Of a stretch of DNA of 64,000 nt, positions 8,812-18,279 are shown piece after piece; the stretch's first letter is position 1, and each line of letters opens with the position of its first letter. The DNA is from Candidatus Vogelbacteria bacterium RIFOXYD1_FULL_44_32. GTDB taxonomy: Bacteria > Patescibacteriota > Minisyncoccia > Phycocordibacterales > XYD1-FULL-46-19. The notes under the pieces were generated by a model. It searched no databases. It was not told the DNA's origin and saw only the letters and a list, made by a program, of their open reading frames with translations. The stretch lies in contig MHTJ01000004.1 of the NCBI GenBank assembly GCA_001823065.1, positions 37,839-101,838 on the forward strand, read 5' to 3'. A program made the translations under genes and the position numbers.

Positions 8812-10956
8812 ATGAAGAAGAGTCTGTCGTCGCTGGCCACCCTGGTGGCATTTGTTACAGTTTTGTCGGGTTGTGTCGGGGGGTGTTGCGTGGCTTTCGT
8901 GTCGTGGACAGACGAGTTCACAGATGATGCCGGCCGCATCCTCTTTCCAGTGCAGGTGGACGAAGTCCAGGGTCAAGGTGGCAACACCATGGCCCAGGAG
9001 TCGGCCGAAGTTCGGCTCATGAGGGTCGATTCACAAGGACGTGCCTTTGAGGTGGCGTCCAAAGTGGATGTGACCTTTGGGTCGCTCGGAGATGTTGAGG
9101 CCTACCCGATTTACTCGGGTGCCAAAGGTGCCAAAGATCTCCTGCCGTATGGCTACGTCACTCCTGGTGGCGTGGTCATGCAGAATTTTGGCATCGGCGG
9201 ACACGCCGTGCCGGCGATGTCTGGACAATTCCAGATTGTGAGCTGGGCGAGCGTTGTGCAGGAACACCCAGGTGCCTTTATCGGCGCCGCGTTGGTTTTA
9301 CTAACAGATGTTGAGTTGGTCCGCCCCGATTTTGGCGGACGGCTTTCCGTCTTGTTTACGATCAGCCAGCCTGGGGATTACTTGATTGAGGTTGATGGTT
9401 TTGCCAGCCCGATTTTGGGGGGTAGAGTCATTAGCTTTCTTACTTGCAACTTCTCTTGGACCTCGGAGGTGTTCACCCTGAACCCGCCGGGAATTGAGCC
9501 AGATCGTGATGGCGATGGTGTGCCGGACAGCGAAGATAACTGTCCAGCCACTTGGAATCCTGATCAACAAGATTCCGACCATGACGGTATTGGTGACGCG
9601 TGTGAACGTGACACCGACGGTGACGGCATTTCCGATGATGAGGACAACTGTCCTTTCATCTCCAATCCAAATCAGCTTGATACAGATGGAGATGGTGTTG
9701 GGGATGTTTGTGATAATTCTTCTGGTGAAGGTGAAGGTGAAGGTGAAGGTGAAGGTGAAGGTGAAGGTGAAGGTGAAGGTGAAGGTGAAGGTGAAGGTGA
9801 AGGTGAAGGTGAAGGTGAAGAACTCACGCTCGACTTGTCGATTAAAGAAGGTGGCAACACTTTCGAAGTCGGCGAAGATTTCACGTTGAAGCTTGATATT
9901 GACGGGGCGACAGAGCCTTACAATGTCACATTGCGTGGAACTGGGGCGGAGTTCGTCGCCTTTCGTTTTGAAGACGGTGTCATAACCGTCACGGACCGAA
10001 TCTTGGCCAACGACGTCATCGGCGAGCCAGTGCTTGTTGGTAGCAATATCGAATTGAATTACTTGCCAAAGGTGACGACTGGCGGTGAGTTTGCTTCGAT
10101 TGAGGCCCAGGTAACGGATGCCCAAAGCAACCAAGCCCAGGACTCAGTTGATGTCAAAGTCGTCGTGGCGACCGGTATCGTTCCCAATGTCATCGACCTC
10201 CCTCAACAAGAAGGAGGGGATGATGTCGAAGGAGCCGGTTTTGTAGTTGGTACAATCACGACCCGTTGCAGTGACACCATTGCCGCTGGCCGGATTATCG
10301 ACTACAACCCCAAGGGTGTTCAGCCTTTGGGCACCGCCATTAATCTGGTGGTTTCCACCGGGCCCTGTGGACCGGAGATGACCACCGTGCCCAACGTGGT
10401 TGGTGACTTACTGGTGAATGCGGATGCCGAAATCACTGGTGCCAACCTCGAGGTCGGTAATGTGACGGAAGTCTTCAGTACCGCACCAGTCGGGCAGGTG
10501 ACAATCCAAAGTCCTGTCGGTGGGACGCAAGTGCCCGTCGGTAGTGCGGTGAACCTCACTGTTTCGAAAGGTGAGGAACCGGTGCCTGGGCCATTGGCGC
10601 TAGTTGTTACTTCGGCCGACGAAGATTTTCCCAATAGTTACCAAACTAACGGGACGATGACGTTCAGGGCCAAGATCAACGGCGACGTGCCCGCTCCGTA
10701 TACCGTGCGGTTCCGTGGGTTGCAGAGTGATCAAATTACCGTCACTCTCAATGTCGATGGGTCGGTGACGTTTGTCAGCCGTTCTGGCGGGGCGACGATC
10801 ACCTACGACAGACATCCTTCCGACCCCCGGTCGGTGATGTTTTCCCAGATGATCTTGTTTTCGACGCAGGGTCAGCCAGCTGGTCTCTACTTCCAAGCCG
10901 AGGCAGGCGGGCAAACCGCTGATGTTGGAAACATCTCCGTCGTCGTGACGGATTAG
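8812..10956 (+). CDS. Surface lipoprotein with thrombospondin-type-3-like Ca-binding repeats, (Gly-Glu)16 tract and PASTA/Ig-like C-terminal domains
   Basis: Lipobox signal [21 protein letters not shown] and an AGGAGG SD. Repeated DxDxDGxxDxxDNCP motifs, a (GE)16 tract, and VPNVVGDLL...-type repeats. Confidence 0.75.
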   Translation: MKKSLSSLATLVAFVTVLSGCVGGCCVAFVSWTDEFTDDAGRILFPVQVDEVQGQGGNTMAQESAEVRLMRVDSQGRAFEVASKVDVTFGSLGDVEAYPIYSGAKGAKDLLPYGYVTPGGVVMQNFGIGGHAVPAMSGQFQIVSWASVVQEHPGAFIGAALVLLTDVELVRPDFGGRLSVLFTISQPGDYLIEVDGFASPILGGRVISFLTCNFSWTSEVFTLNPPGIEPDRDGDGVPDSEDNCPATWNPDQQDSDHDGIGDACERDTDGDGISDDEDNCPFISNPNQLDTDGDGVGDVCDNSSGEGEGEGEGEGEGEGEGEGEGEGEGEGEGEGEELTLDLSIKEGGNTFEVGEDFTLKLDIDGATEPYNVTLRGTGAEFVAFRFEDGVITVTDRILANDVIGEPVLVGSNIELNYLPKVTTGGEFASIEAQVTDAQSNQAQDSVDVKVVVATGIVPNVIDLPQQEGGDDVEGAGFVVGTITTRCSDTIAAGRIIDYNPKGVQPLGTAINLVVSTGPCGPEMTTVPNVVGDLLVNADAEITGANLEVGNVTEVFSTAPVGQVTIQSPVGGTQVPVGSAVNLTVSKGEEPVPGPLALVVTSADEDFPNSYQTNGTMTFRAKINGDVPAPYTVRFRGLQSDQITVTLNVDGSVTFVSRSGGATITYDRHPSDPRSVMFSQMILFSTQGQPAGLYFQAEAGGQTADVGNISVVVTD
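9724..9819 (+). repeat. Perfect (GGTGAA)16 hexanucleotide microsatellite inside the lipoprotein gene
   Basis: Read directly as ggtgaa x16; it encodes (GE)16 in frame. Confidence 0.95.
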
Positions 10957-10967
10957 TTTCTAATTGC

Positions 10968-11008
10968 ATCCCGAGGAGTTGCGTAAGCGACTCCTCGGGA
11001 TTTTTTTG
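10968..11008 (+). terminator. Rho-independent terminator
   Basis: Hairpin atcccgaggagt-tgcgtaagcg-actcctcgggat followed by TTTTTTT. Confidence 0.85.
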
Positions 11009-11157
11009 TCTAAAATGAGGTTACCATAACTACTTGCATTATTTTTCCATATGTGGTAGAAATACCCGGGTAAGCATTTACGCCTAAAATCCATTAAAAA
11101 GGGCGCGATTGCCAGTATAAGTCGATTTATTATAAATTTAAGTAAAATAGGCAAATT

Positions 11158-11784
11158 ATGACTATTCGTACTTTCGCAAAAGGAGCTCTTGTAGCAATGC
11201 TTGCTGTTGCGGTCATCGCGCCGTCGCTTGTACTTGCTGCCGCTCTTAATGTTCAGGTTACTACCCCTGCTAATAACGTAGTAGTGGGAGTAAATGAGAA
11301 TGTGTCTTTTGATGTGTCTGCAACCGGTGGGAACCCTGCTTCTTATGGTTACAGCTGGACTTTTGGTGATGGCCAAGGTGCTAACATCAAGAATCCAACT
11401 CACGCATATACATCTACTGGTACAACTACTGCCAGAGTTCAAGTGACTGATATCGCTGGTAATACTGGTGACGCCCAAGTTACCGTTGTTGTTACCGCCG
11501 GTGGTCCTTGCACCCCGCTGATTGTTGAGACTCCAGTTGAGGCCCAACCAAAAGCTACCAATGTTACCAAAGATAGTGCCACTATTGTTTGGACAACTTG
11601 TGAAGCTTCAACCAGCCGGGTTGTATATGACACTGTTTCTCATCCAACCGTAACTGATACTGCTAACCTAGGTTATGCAAACTCAACTACGATTGACAAC
11701 ACCAAAGTTACTACGCACTCGGTAAACTTGACTGGCCTTTCCGCCAACACCAAGTATTACTTCCGTGTTCTTTCGGCTCGCTAA
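11158..11784 (+). CDS. Secreted PKD-domain / fibronectin-III-like protein
   Basis: Signal peptide, then WTFGDGQGANIKNPTHAYTSTGTTTARVQVTD (PKD motif) and a TKYYFRV FN3-like C-terminus. Confidence 0.7.
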   Translation: MTIRTFAKGALVAMLAVAVIAPSLVLAAALNVQVTTPANNVVVGVNENVSFDVSATGGNPASYGYSWTFGDGQGANIKNPTHAYTSTGTTTARVQVTDIAGNTGDAQVTVVVTAGGPCTPLIVETPVEAQPKATNVTKDSATIVWTTCEASTSRVVYDTVSHPTVTDTANLGYANSTTIDNTKVTTHSVNLTGLSANTKYYFRVLSAR

Positions 11785-11816
11785 TTTAGATTAGCTAGTA
11801 GAAAAAAGTAAAAAAG

Positions 11817-11852
11817 AAAACCCCCGCGGCCTACGGCCGCGGGGGTTTTTGG
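11817..11852 (+). terminator. Rho-independent terminator
   Basis: Hairpin aaaacccccgcggcc-tac-ggccgcgggggtttttgg. Confidence 0.85.
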
Positions 11853-11885
11853 TTACCCCAAACGCTGGTGTTATACTATTAATTC

Positions 11886-12839
11886 ATGCAGGCCAAATTG
11901 CTAAAAAAAATATTTCCCGAACTTAAAACTAAGGTAAAAATTGCTCCTTTTACCGCTTTTGACATTGGTGGAACTGCCCCATTTTGGCTAGAAATCAGAG
12001 ATAAACACAAGCTGGTCGAGGTCATAAAAAAAGCCCAGGCCAACCATTTACCTTATTTTGTCTTTGCGGGCGGGAGCAACCTGGTTTTTCCTGACAAATT
12101 GCCCAAAAAAATTTTCATTTGTTATCGCGCTAAACCTCGTGCGGGAGTTACTCATTTTATTGAGAGTAAGTTGGTTTATGCCGAGGCGGGCTTGCCGCTG
12201 GCGATTTTGGTTGGGGCGACAATTAAAAATGGGTTGGCTGGGTTCGAGGCCTTGTCGGGTATCCCGGGTACAGTTGGTGGAGCAATTTTTGGTAATGCTG
12301 GCGCTTATGGCCAGACTATTAGTGACAAGCTGGTTGAGATAGAAATTTTTGATGGCCAAGATATAAAGTGGGTACCAGTGGCAACTGGTCAGTTTAGTTA
12401 TCGCGCTAGTATCTTTAAGAAAAAAGATTGGCTTATTTTGGGTGGTCGGTGGAGTCTGGCCAAAGGTGAAGCAAAAACTCTTAACCAAAAATCACGAGAA
12501 ATTATAAAAATGCGAAATAAAAAATACGCGCCTGGTATCAAATGTCCTGGTAGCTATTTTAAAAATCTTTTAGCCAGCGATTTGCCTAAAAAGGTGCTCA
12601 AGCAAATTCCAGCGGAAAAAATAATTGGGGGCAAGGTACCAACTGGTTATCTACTAGAGGTGGTGGGGGTCAAGGGTCTTAAGCGGGGGAAAATTATGGT
12701 GCCTGACTATCACGCTAATCTTATTTTAAACACCGGTGGGGGTAAGGCGGTTGATGTCTTGGCGCTCGCTAATATTATGAAGCAAAAGGTCAAAGACCGT
12801 TTTAATATCAAAATTGAAGAAGAAGTTAGGGTGATATAA
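11886..12839 (+). CDS. murB: UDP-N-acetylenolpyruvoylglucosamine reductase
   Basis: FAD-binding PCMH-type N-terminus (FDIGGTAPFW...FAGGSNLVFPD) and LSGIPGTVGGAIFGNAGAYG. Confidence 0.85.
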   Translation: MQAKLLKKIFPELKTKVKIAPFTAFDIGGTAPFWLEIRDKHKLVEVIKKAQANHLPYFVFAGGSNLVFPDKLPKKIFICYRAKPRAGVTHFIESKLVYAEAGLPLAILVGATIKNGLAGFEALSGIPGTVGGAIFGNAGAYGQTISDKLVEIEIFDGQDIKWVPVATGQFSYRASIFKKKDWLILGGRWSLAKGEAKTLNQKSREIIKMRNKKYAPGIKCPGSYFKNLLASDLPKKVLKQIPAEKIIGGKVPTGYLLEVVGVKGLKRGKIMVPDYHANLILNTGGGKAVDVLALANIMKQKVKDRFNIKIEEEVRVI

Positions 12840-12884
12840 GCCAAATGACAAGCTGGGGTTTTTCGTCTATACTTGGCCTAATAT

Positions 12885-14300
12885 ATGACAGAATCTAAAT
12901 ATACTTTAACTGTGGGTCTCGAAATTCATGTCGAGTTAAAAACCAAAACCAAGATGTTTTGTGCTTGCCATAATGACCCCGACGAGAAAGAACCAAATGT
13001 TAATATTTGCCCGATTTGTACCGCCCAGCCGGGGACTCTGCCGGTTATTAATAAGGAAGCGGTTAAAAGTGTGCTGAGGGTGGGGACCGCCTTGGGCAGT
13101 AATCTGGCTGACTTTACCGAGTTTGACCGTAAAAACTATTTTTACCCGGATATTCCCAAGGCCTATCAGATTAGCCAATACAAATACCCGCTGGTGTCGG
13201 GAGGTTCGTTGCGAGGGGTAGAGATTACCCGGGTGCACCTAGAGGAGGATACGGCGAGTTCTCAACACGACCCGGCCAACGATTTATCAATGGTCAATTT
13301 TAACCGGGCGGGGGTACCGCTAATGGAGCTGGTCACCGAGCCGGTCATGCATAGTGCCAAAGAGGCGGGCGATTTTGCACGTGAATTACAACTCCTTTTA
13401 TCTCCGCTCTATTTAAATGTATCAGAGGCCAATATGGAAAAAGGCGAGATGCGGGTGGAGGCAAACATTTCTATTTCCGCTGACCCAAATACATTAGGTA
13501 CCAAAGTAGAAGTAAAAAATCTCAATTCGTTTCGGACGATGGAAAAAGCCATTGAATATGAATACAAACGCCAAGTGAAAATTTTAGACGAAGGTGGCCA
13601 AGTGGAACAAGAGACGCTAGGTTGGGACGAAAACAAACAAGCAACTTTTTCCCAACGCAAAAAAGAATCTTCGCACGACTATCGCTATTTTCCTGACCCC
13701 GATTTACCAAAACTTTATATTAGTGAAATTGCTGAATTTCAAAATCTAACTGAAACTTTACCGGAGTTGCCGAGTGAAAAAAGGGTTCGTTATGCCAAAG
13801 ACTATGGGGTGAAGAGTGAGGATGTTGAGGTATTTTTGGTGAATCAAAAATATGCCGAAGTTTTTGAAGGAACGGTGGCTAAGGTGGGCAAAGACAAGGC
13901 GCAACTAGTGGCCAATTATCTTACTTCCGACCTGGCTGGTTTACATAAAAATGGAGCCACTCTGGTACCGACAACCGAAGCCATGATTGAATTGATGGAA
14001 TTGATTTCGGCCGGCGAGATTTCTTCCCGCGGGGCGAAAGATATTTTGGCGGTGCTCGCCAAAGACGGTGGCGCCCCGCGGGCCATTGCCGAGACCAAAG
14101 GCCTATTCCAAAAAAGTGATGAGGGGGAAATTCTAAAAATTGTGGAGCAGGTAATTGCGGAAAACGAAACAGTAGTCGCCGATTATAAAGCCGGCAATGA
14201 GAAGTCCCTGCAATTTCTCGTCGGCCAAGGGATGAAGCTGTCGAAGGGCTCGGCTAATCCGGGAGTACTAACTAAAATACTTAAGGATAAATTAACATAA
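12885..14300 (+). CDS. gatB: Asp/Glu-tRNA amidotransferase subunit B
   Basis: N-terminal VGLEIHVELKTKTKMFCAC and a GatB/YqeY C-terminal region. Confidence 0.9.
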   Translation: MTESKYTLTVGLEIHVELKTKTKMFCACHNDPDEKEPNVNICPICTAQPGTLPVINKEAVKSVLRVGTALGSNLADFTEFDRKNYFYPDIPKAYQISQYKYPLVSGGSLRGVEITRVHLEEDTASSQHDPANDLSMVNFNRAGVPLMELVTEPVMHSAKEAGDFARELQLLLSPLYLNVSEANMEKGEMRVEANISISADPNTLGTKVEVKNLNSFRTMEKAIEYEYKRQVKILDEGGQVEQETLGWDENKQATFSQRKKESSHDYRYFPDPDLPKLYISEIAEFQNLTETLPELPSEKRVRYAKDYGVKSEDVEVFLVNQKYAEVFEGTVAKVGKDKAQLVANYLTSDLAGLHKNGATLVPTTEAMIELMELISAGEISSRGAKDILAVLAKDGGAPRAIAETKGLFQKSDEGEILKIVEQVIAENETVVADYKAGNEKSLQFLVGQGMKLSKGSANPGVLTKILKDKLT

Positions 14301-14307
14301 TTTTTTT

Positions 14308-14841
14308 ATGATAATAAAGGAAGAAGGAATAATAAAAGATGGTAAGATTATAGTCCAAATAGGTAAGGGTTTGGGTGCTAGGTCTTTGGAATTTTGCTTT
14401 ACTGATTTTTTTAGTAGTATTAGTTTCCTTAAGGAACAAGAAAAAACCCCAGTCAAATCTGACGGTCTTCGCGCTGGGAGTTGGTTTTTTAAATCAAAAA
14501 TGTATATTGTTTCTGGGCAGACACCATATAGTGATGAAGAGATTAAACTGAGAATTAAACATTTTGTTATTAAAAAGGAAAAAGAACTCACTAAAATTTC
14601 AAAAGAAGTTGAGGCCTTTGAAAATTTTGACCAAGCACGGAGTGCCAGAAGAGGAAGAATTCCAGATGATGTACGATTATTTGTATGGCAAAGGGATGAG
14701 GGTAAGTGTATAAAATGTGGTACAAAAGAAAAATTAGAATTTGATCATATAATACCGGTCGTTGCTGGGGGAGCAAATACACAAAGAAACATTCAACTTT
14801 TGTGCGAATTGTGCAATAGAACTAAAGGTAAAAATATCTAA
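14308..14841 (+). CDS. HNH endonuclease domain protein (AT-rich, probably acquired)
   Basis: C-terminal HNH motif CIKCGTKEKLEFDHIIPVVAGGANTQRNIQLLCELCN. GC content is visibly lower than in the neighbouring genes. Confidence 0.7.
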   Translation: MIIKEEGIIKDGKIIVQIGKGLGARSLEFCFTDFFSSISFLKEQEKTPVKSDGLRAGSWFFKSKMYIVSGQTPYSDEEIKLRIKHFVIKKEKELTKISKEVEAFENFDQARSARRGRIPDDVRLFVWQRDEGKCIKCGTKEKLEFDHIIPVVAGGANTQRNIQLLCELCNRTKGKNI

Positions 14842-14983
14842 TATATGGCATATCAGACACCCATGTATAATGCTCCAGAAAATAATAAGACATATAACAT
14901 ATTACTTGTAATATTGGGTTTTATAACTATTTTAATCCCGATTGTTTTGTGGATACTTGATAAGTATTTGGTATAATAAATCT

Positions 14984-16003
14984 ATGCGTAAAACTAAAGT
15001 TGCTATCAACGGTTTAGGGCGGATTGGGCGTGCGTTTTTAAAGCTGGCTATCAAAAGACCGGAGATAGAAATAGTGGCGGTCAACGACTTGGGCGAGCTG
15101 GAAAACTTGGCTTATCTTTTAAAGTACGACAGTGCTTATGTCCGGTCGCGCCTAGATATCGATACTGCCGATGCTAATTTAAATATCGGTCCGCACGCGA
15201 TTAAATTTCTGCAAATTAAAGATCCGGCTCAGCTACCGTGGCGCGAGCTAGATATTGATGTCGTGGTCGAAGCAACGGGTGTCTTTGAAAGCTACGCCAA
15301 GTCCAAAGCGCACATTGATGCTGGGGCGCGCAAGGTAGTTATTTCCGCGCCGGTGAAAGACGAGCCACCAGTAGGCATACCCGGGGGCACTGTTTTAATG
15401 GGAGTCAATGATGAAAAATTAGCGAGTTGTCAGATTACCTCCAATGCCTCCTGCACGACCAACTCGGCTAGTCCCCTGATTGCGATTTTAAATGAGAAAA
15501 TTGGGATTGAAAAAGCTTTACTCAATACTGTTCACGGCTACACCGCCAGTCAGTCGCTGGTGGATGCACCCATGAAAGGCGACTGGCGGCGGGGTCGCGC
15601 GGCCGCTCATAATATTGTCCCGTCTTCCACGGGAGCGGCGGTCGCGGTGACCCAGGTGGTAACCGATCTGAAAGACAAGTTTGATGGTATCGCGATGAGG
15701 GTACCAGTCATTACTGGTTCACTAGTGGACATCACCTTTATTGCCAAAAGAAAAACTAGTGTGGAAGAAATAAATAATTTGCTTAAAGCCGGGGCGGAGG
15801 AAGGGCGTTGGCAAGATATTTTTATGGTGACCGAGGAACCTTTGGTTTCCTCAGATATTGCGGGCAATACTCACGCCTCGATTGCTGATCTATCTTTTAC
15901 CCGCGTGGTGGGGGGCAATTTGTGCAAGGTGCTCGCTTGGTATGACAATGAAATGGGGTATGCCAACACTTTAGTCGAGCATGTAATTAAAACGGGAAAA
16001 TAA
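14984..16003 (+). CDS. gap: Glyceraldehyde-3-phosphate dehydrogenase
   Basis: KVAINGLGRIGR NAD-binding motif and the active-site stretch SNASCTTNS. Start taken at MRKTKV, 6 nt after TGgTATAAT (leaderless). Confidence 0.9.
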   Translation: MRKTKVAINGLGRIGRAFLKLAIKRPEIEIVAVNDLGELENLAYLLKYDSAYVRSRLDIDTADANLNIGPHAIKFLQIKDPAQLPWRELDIDVVVEATGVFESYAKSKAHIDAGARKVVISAPVKDEPPVGIPGGTVLMGVNDEKLASCQITSNASCTTNSASPLIAILNEKIGIEKALLNTVHGYTASQSLVDAPMKGDWRRGRAAAHNIVPSSTGAAVAVTQVVTDLKDKFDGIAMRVPVITGSLVDITFIAKRKTSVEEINNLLKAGAEEGRWQDIFMVTEEPLVSSDIAGNTHASIADLSFTRVVGGNLCKVLAWYDNEMGYANTLVEHVIKTGK

Positions 16004-16527
16004 TGGCAGATTTAATTAATGATATGGAGTTGGGAGTGTCTGAAAATCAAATAGCAAAAACCGTTCTGTTGGCGACTGACCATGCTGGGTTTGAACTAAA
16101 AGAAAAAATCAAAAGTTTTTTGCGGGCCAATAATTTTGTCGTCGAAGATTTGGGTGCTTTTAGTATGGACGAGACCGACGACTATCCGGTGTATGTGCAT
16201 ATGGCGGGGAAAAGGGTTAGTGCCGAACCGGAAAAATATGTGGCCATAATTTTTGGTGGCTCGGGCCAAGGGGAGGCCATTGTGGCCAACCGCTACAAAA
16301 ATGTGCGAGCAGTGGTGTGTTACGAGATTAAAGAAGATATTGTCAAAATTGCGCGCGAGCACAACGATGCCAATGTCTTGTCGCTCGGTTCACGGTTTGG
16401 GCTCGACGAGGACGAGGCCAAAGAGGCGGTGCTCAAGTTTTTGACCACCCCTTTTTCGGGGGATAAGAGGCATATGAGGCGGATTGCCCAAATTGACAGT
16501 GAACCACGGAGTGAAAATTCTTTTTAA
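16003..16527 (+). CDS. rpiB: Ribose-5-phosphate isomerase B
   Basis: RpiB/LacAB-family motifs TDHAGFELKEKI and GGSGQGEAIVANR. Confidence 0.85.
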   Translation: MADLINDMELGVSENQIAKTVLLATDHAGFELKEKIKSFLRANNFVVEDLGAFSMDETDDYPVYVHMAGKRVSAEPEKYVAIIFGGSGQGEAIVANRYKNVRAVVCYEIKEDIVKIAREHNDANVLSLGSRFGLDEDEAKEAVLKFLTTPFSGDKRHMRRIAQIDSEPRSENSF

Positions 16528-16532
16528 ATATT

Positions 16533-17162
16533 ATGATTGAAATCACACCGGCAATTTTATCGAACACTTGGGGCGATATCGCAGATAAAATCAAAGAAAT
16601 TGGTGATGCTACCACTTGGGTGCAGATTGATGTCTGTGATGGTCATTTTGTACCCAATATTACTTGGGGAGCGCCCGATGATTTGGAACTATTGGATGGT
16701 AAAGCTAAGATTGAAATTCATTTAATGGTGGAGCGCCCTGAAGAAGTGGTGGCGGTGTGGATGAATGTCGCCGACCGACTGGTGGTGCATTTGGAAGCGA
16801 CCGAGAAAATTGAAGATTTGGTGGATGCTTTTCAGTCGACCAATGTTAAATTGGGTTTGGCTTTGCTTGTGGAAACACCAATCGATGATGTGGTGCCTTA
16901 TGTCGACAAAATAGATGTGGTGCAACTAATGGGAATAAAAAAGATAGGGTTTCAGGGTGAAAAATTTGACCCTCTAGTGTTGGAAAAAATAAAAGAGCTA
17001 AGGGCCAAGGCCCCAAATACAAAGATTCAAATTGATGGAGGAATAAATCTAGCCACCGGTCGCGACTGTGTCGCGGCCGGCGCCGACACCCTTGTTGTTG
17101 GCTCGACCTTGTGGGAAAGTGGGGATGTGGTGGATATGATTCATAAGTTTAAAGCGTTATAA
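16533..17162 (+). CDS. rpe: Ribulose-phosphate 3-epimerase
   Basis: Motifs DVCDGHFVPNIT, HLMVERPE and IDGGIN typical of Rpe. Confidence 0.85.
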   Translation: MIEITPAILSNTWGDIADKIKEIGDATTWVQIDVCDGHFVPNITWGAPDDLELLDGKAKIEIHLMVERPEEVVAVWMNVADRLVVHLEATEKIEDLVDAFQSTNVKLGLALLVETPIDDVVPYVDKIDVVQLMGIKKIGFQGEKFDPLVLEKIKELRAKAPNTKIQIDGGINLATGRDCVAAGADTLVVGSTLWESGDVVDMIHKFKAL

Positions 17163-17168
17163 TAAACA

Positions 17169-17275
17169 GAACGCCAGAAGTTAATTTTCATCACACACAT
17201 AATTTTCTGCTGAAAATTTGCTCTGCTCGGGCCGTCGCCCTTGCGCAAGGTTCTGAAAATTAACTTCTGGCGTTC
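17169..17275. repeat. Structured intergenic repeat, family A copy 2 (same core, different perfect 22-bp inverted arms)
   Basis: Arms gaacgccagaagttaattttca (17169-17190) and its exact reverse complement (17254-17275) enclose the family-A core. Confidence 0.7.
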
Positions 17276-17409
17276 CGTGTAGTTTTAAAACTAAAGGAGT
17301 ATCAAAACCTAAATTTGAGAAACTAGGGAGCGCGACGGCGCGAGCTCGAGGAATTTTTTAGCAAAAAAATATCCGTATTCTCAAAATTAGCGTTTTGATG
17401 TGACTCACC

Positions 17410-18279
17410 ATGCAAACCCTCACTGACGACAAGAAAAAATTATTAGCCGAAAAAGCTGGCGACATCCGCCGGTCGGTTATTGAGATGTTGGTGCAAGCGG
17501 GTTCAGGCCACACCGCGGGACCACTGGGGATGGCGGATATTTTTACTGCATTATATTTTCATGTTTTAGAACACGAACCAAGAAACCCCAGCTGGAGCGA
17601 GCGGGACCGGCTGGTGCTGTCCAATGGCCATATTTGTCCGGTGTATTACGCCACTTTGGCGCACGCTGGCTATTTTCCCGTGGAGGAACTGAAAACTTTA
17701 CGTCAGTTTGGGTCACGCTTGCAGGGGCACCCCCACCGCGAATATTTGCCTTATGTGGAGACTAGCTCTGGTCCCTTGGGGTCGGGGCTGTCGCAGGCTT
17801 GTGGTATGGCGCTCGCGGAGAAAATGGATCATGGCCAAAATTCCAACAAATATATTTATTGCCTAATGTCCGACGGCGAGTTGCAAGAAGGCAACACGTG
17901 GGAGGCGGTGCTCTTTGCCGGCAAACAGAAATTTTCTAATCTAATCGTTATTATTGACCGCAACAATATTCAGATTGATGGTTTTACGGAAGACATTATG
18001 CCGCTGGAACCCTTGGCCGAAAAATTTAGCGCATTTAATTGGCATGTCATAGAAATTGATGGTCACAACTTCGACGACATTATCTCGGCGGTGGGCGAGG
18101 GGCAAGCGGTATTTGGCCGGCCGGTGGTGATAATTGCTCACACCACGCCGGGCAAAGGTGTACCGGCTTTTGAGAAAAAGTACGAGTGGCATGGTAAACC
18201 ACCAACCAAAGAGGAGGGGGAGATGGCGTTAAAAGAATTGCGGACATTAGGAGGTAAAATTAAAAGTGAAAATGATTGA
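17410..18279 (+). CDS. Transketolase, N-terminal subunit (split transketolase)
   Basis: Thiamine-diphosphate-binding motifs GSGHTAGPLGMADIF and SNGH. Confidence 0.85.
   Translation: MQTLTDDKKKLLAEKAGDIRRSVIEMLVQAGSGHTAGPLGMADIFTALYFHVLEHEPRNPSWSERDRLVLSNGHICPVYYATLAHAGYFPVEELKTLRQFGSRLQGHPHREYLPYVETSSGPLGSGLSQACGMALAEKMDHGQNSNKYIYCLMSDGELQEGNTWEAVLFAGKQKFSNLIVIIDRNNIQIDGFTEDIMPLEPLAEKFSAFNWHVIEIDGHNFDDIISAVGEGQAVFGRPVVIIAHTTPGKGVPAFEKKYEWHGKPPTKEEGEMALKELRTLGGKIKSEND

Noticed and set aside
9724-9819. Possible CRISPR array
   Set aside because: It is a simple tandem hexamer with no spacers. No CRISPR repeats or cas genes occur anywhere in the window.
9301-10134. 277-aa minus-strand ORF containing (FT)n
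   Set aside because: It is an artefact of the (GGTGAA)16 microsatellite read on the opposite strand, inside a well-supported + strand lipoprotein gene.
12048-12488. Antisense ORFs inside murB (146 aa), and similar ones inside M32, dnaE, gyrB and rpoB
   Set aside because: They are embedded antisense or out-of-frame ORFs within strongly supported genes and have no signals.
14942-14983. Upstream TTG start for gap
   Set aside because: The ATG at 14984 is preceded by a TGgTATAAT box at the leaderless distance and matches the canonical GAPDH N-terminus.
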